A program made the position numbers and the translations under genes. The notes below the pieces were generated by a model, which was given only the letters and a program-made list of their open reading frames with translations, was not told where the DNA came from and searched no databases. Of a DNA stretch of 64,000 nucleotides, positions 60,742-64,000 are shown piece after piece. Origin of the DNA: Macrostomum lignano (Eukaryota); contig NIVC01000884.1 of assembly GCA_002269645.1 (NCBI GenBank), positions 331,616-395,615 of the forward strand, given 5' to 3'. Positions within the stretch are counted from its first letter, which is position 1. Each line of letters starts with the position of its first letter.

Positions 60742-62134
60742 ATTTTGGTAAATAGCCAGTGTAGTCACAAAAAGACTTTGCATAGACTTTTGGGACACCC
60801 CTTGTACATTGATTGTAGAGTTGTTCTAAATTTTTTATATGGTATACTATATAATACTTAATTATATCAGAATGCATAATGAAATTTACAATATATCTTA
60901 GTCCCAGGATGGAATTCTTGCTTGGGGTAGGAAAACGAGCAGTGTACACGCTAGCTGTAAAAAATCATGATACAGAGCATGGTGGGTCTATATGCTAAAA
61001 AATGAAATTTCTAGTTTTTCAATTCTTATGCCGACATAAATTAGAAAGTTATACTTTAAGTGTATAGTAGCTTGAACACTATAATTTTTAGAGAAAATAT
61101 TCTTTAAAAATTATAAGAGTTTCACTAAACTTCAAAGTAACTTTTTTTGCTAAAAACTTTTATTCTTTGTTTTATTTTTGTTTAAAATTTTCCAGCGTAA
61201 ACACAACCTTCCAGACTATGAAAAGTAGAACTTGAGTGCACATACACTATATGGCATGCATACTCTGGATCATGCTGGGTGCACGCCCGAACAAAAATTG
61301 AATAATTACAAATGCATGCCGAAAAAAATTTAGTGCATGCCCATTCTTAAAAATATGCCGGTGTTGCAATAATAAAATACCTTTTTTTACGTTGTGACAA
61401 TAAACAACCTTTTTTTTCCTTTTTTTAAATTGCATAATAGACCCTTAATATTAGATAGATATTTTGTTGCTTCTAAAGCTTTTTTGGCGATACTATTTAT
61501 AGCGGAAAGTTTATATACGCAAAAATTTGTGTAAATAGTCTTTTACGAGCTGGAAAAAACTGGAAAGCTTGAAATTTATGCTTAAAATGAACTCTTTTCA
61601 TCTTTTTTCTACTTTACAATAACTCTTACCCGTGATTCTATAAAGTACACGCCAGGTGTGCACGCATACTATTTTCTCAGGAGTGATGCACGCCAACTGT
61701 GCATGCCTAACTTTGGTGTGCAAGGCCAATGCATGCCCAAATTTTCGGGCGTATACTAGGCACATGACCAAGATGGCAACACACCAAGATGGCCACAGCT
61801 CTGAATGGCTGCTTGGATAGGAATAGGTCTATATATTTCCTCATTTCCTATTGGCTGTGATTGGGATGGGGTATGACCTAGCTTCAAGTCTCGGAGAAGA
61901 CAGATTTTGTTAGTGAAATTAGACTAAGTAAAACAAAAAACACTTCCCTTTACAGCAGGTATTACTACCTACTAAAGCTAGTAGCACTACTAGCACAATA
62001 CATTTGGTTTTTGGATCATGGATAATAGTTTCAAACCTATCTTTAATATACTAAAACTGACGTGTTGTTTGTATATGTTAAAAGTTAAAGGTAGAGGTTA
62101 AAGGTATTAGTTATGATAGAAGTAAGCAAAAATT

Positions 62135-62660
62135 GGAGTGCCCTCTTTTCTCTGATCTTTTCTCTCATCTCTACACTCTTGTCTCTTATCTTTTCTCTCT
62201 TATCTCTGCTCTCTCGTCTCTAATCTTTTCTCTCTCTCATTTCTGCCCTCTCTTCTCTCATATCTTGCCTTCTCCTCTCCTCACCTCTCTCCTCTCCTCT
62301 CTCCTCATCTCTATCCTCTCTTCTCTCCTCACCTCTGCTCTCATCTCCCTTTTCCTCTTCATTCTCTTCTCCCTTCCCGCCTTTCTCCTCTCCATTAATC
62401 TCCCTTCTCCTCTGATCTCTCTCTGCTCATATTTAATCTCTCCTCTCATCAACTCTCTTCTCCTTTATTCCTTTGCCTCTCCTTTATCCTATGTTTGTAT
62501 TTCTCTTCTCTATTCCTTACCCTCTCTCCTCACCTCTGGCCTGCTGTCATCAGGACTCCTCGCTTCGCTTTGGGGGCCAACGAAGCAGACTATAGAAAGG
62601 CAGTCATGAGCTAGGTTCTCAATCAAGGTAAAAAGTTTGCCAACCCCTGCACTAAAAGCA
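62135..62660 (-). mobile_element. CT-rich hAT-like element, partial
   Basis: Ends in AAAAAGTTTGCCAACCCCTG (reverse complement CAGGGGTTGGCAAACTTTTT), matching the 44238 terminus. Confidence 0.5.
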
Positions 62661-62893
62661 CCTGGCTTAGTCACATTAGATAAAAACTACATGTATAGTG
62701 GAATGGGATTGAGAACAATGTGAACTAGCCTCTCTACTCTCAACCTCTCTACTCTCAGCCTCTATCTACTCTCAACCTCTCTATTCTCAGCCTCTCCACT
62801 CTCAGCCTCTCTCTACTCTCAGCCTCTACTTTCATCTTCTCTCTCAGCTCAGCTTATATCTAGTTCTAAAATCTGAAGTCATACTCAAACAAA

Positions 62894-63645
62894 CGACAGC
62901 TGGATAGGCTGGTTGCCGTTGCGGCGAGCGTCGACCTGGTGGTCAACATGCAGAAGACCGTCGTGCTATGCGTGCCGGACGACACCGAGGCTGCAATTTT
63001 CTGCCAAGGCGCTGATGGACAGGCGAGTGAGCTTCCAAGATGTCAGCAGTTGGTCTACCTTGGCAGTCTGGTTCCCGACGTCCACGAGGATCTGCGGCGT
63101 CGCCGAGGACTTGCTTGGGCTGCCTTTCGTTCTATAAGGTCAGTCCTGCAGCCCGAGGCCCTACCGGACCGCCAGAGGGCGGCGCTGTTCTAGGCGGTGA
63201 TCGAGACCATCCTATTATACAACGCCGAGACCTGGACGCTGACAGACTCGCTCGAGGCTCAAGTCGACACGGCGCACGCTGGCCTGCTGCGCGCCACTTC
63301 AGATCGGCAACGAGCGAGTCACCAACACGGCGCTCTATCATCGCGCCGCCTGGCCCGTCCTAGCGATCTGCTGCGCCGTCGGCGACTCCAGCTGGCAGGC
63401 CACGTCATCCGCGCCAAGGCCTACTGTCCGGAGCCGGTGCAGGAGGTGCTGCTACTTACGTTGCAGGCACCCTACCGGCGGGGACAGGCGAAGACTCGGC
63501 GCTACGTCAACTGTCTGCTGGCTGACGCCGGCGCCCCGGACTCTGCCGGCGGTGCGGCTTTTGTTCGCGCCCAAGCTTTGAAGCGCGCCATCTGACGCTG
63601 CTTTTGTGAACTGGCAGCGTACTCTGTTGTTGTTGTTGTTGTTGT
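62894..63645 (+). mobile_element. 5'-truncated, degenerate RTE-type non-LTR retrotransposon
   Basis: RT C-terminal motifs VNMQKT, YLGS, AWAAF and LLYNAETWTL; in-frame stop at 63191-63193 and a frameshift; (TTG)n tail; TSD CAAACAAA (62886-62893 and 63646-63653). Confidence 0.85.
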
Positions 63646-63668
63646 CAAACAAAACTTGTCTTTTGAAA

Positions 63669-63965
63669 CATGTATTGGCAAAATCTCTGGCCTCTTGTCT
63701 CTCTCTATGTCCCTCGATCCTTTAAAACTTCTATCTTCTATTTGTTTTCTCTCTCTCTCTCTTCTCTCTTTCTTCTCTTTCCTATCTCCTCTCTCCCATC
63801 TTCTCTCGTCGATCTTCCCTCACCTCTCTTCTTTTCATCTTTGCTCTCTCTTCTCTCATTTATCTCTGGTCTCCACTCTCTCCCCTTAGGAAAGAAGGAA
63901 AGATAGGAAAGATAGATAGCAAACATAGGAAAGAAGCCTATGTTTGAAAAAGTGCCCGACTTGTA
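63669..63965 (-). mobile_element. CT-rich hAT-like element, inverted relative of 44238-45787
   Basis: CATGTATTGGCAAA-CTCTGGCCTC-GATCCTTTAAAA matches the reverse complement of 45720-45787. Confidence 0.55.
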
Positions 63966-64000
63966 CCAGCTGAGGCCAGCTAGAAGGCAACGCAGGAGAG

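Noticed and set aside
59863-62100. Search for a SAP-domain exon of the SAFB-like gene; AAGATGGC and CCAAT motifs near 61770-61865
   Set aside because: No SAP-like translation was found, and promoter motifs alone are too short to call.

Overview
Eukaryotic, gene-dense animal genomic DNA with GC-rich exons and AT-rich or minisatellite-filled introns. The style suggests a free-living flatworm such as Macrostomum; this is inference and is not confirmed. Hand-spliced gene models: unc-119 (-) sits head-to-head with the mitochondrial fission dynamin drp1/DNM1L (+). Nine consecutive minus-strand genes follow: SAFB/SLTM-like, LATS/warts, MRPS22, two SRSF7-like paralogues, MED31, MED8, MRPS7 and METTL14. 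Mobile elements: an intact mariner, hAT-type MITEs with 8-bp TSDs, a Helitron-like insertion, two tRNA-derived SINE families and a truncated RTE-type LINE. More than 20 mini/microsatellite arrays are present. Top observations: (1) MED31 and MED8 ORFs overlap by 41 nt on one exon in different frames, inside a probable trans-spliced operon. (2) An H/ACA snoRNA whose 5' pocket matches the conserved 18S CCUU-U-G-UACACAC site occurs once intact between genes and once split by a Helitron. (3) The LATS ORF has no usable ATG of its own and may start from a spliced-leader AUG. (4) The MED8 intron minisatellite unit mimics the gene's own exon-intron-exon junction. All exon boundaries were derived by eye and no database searches were run.
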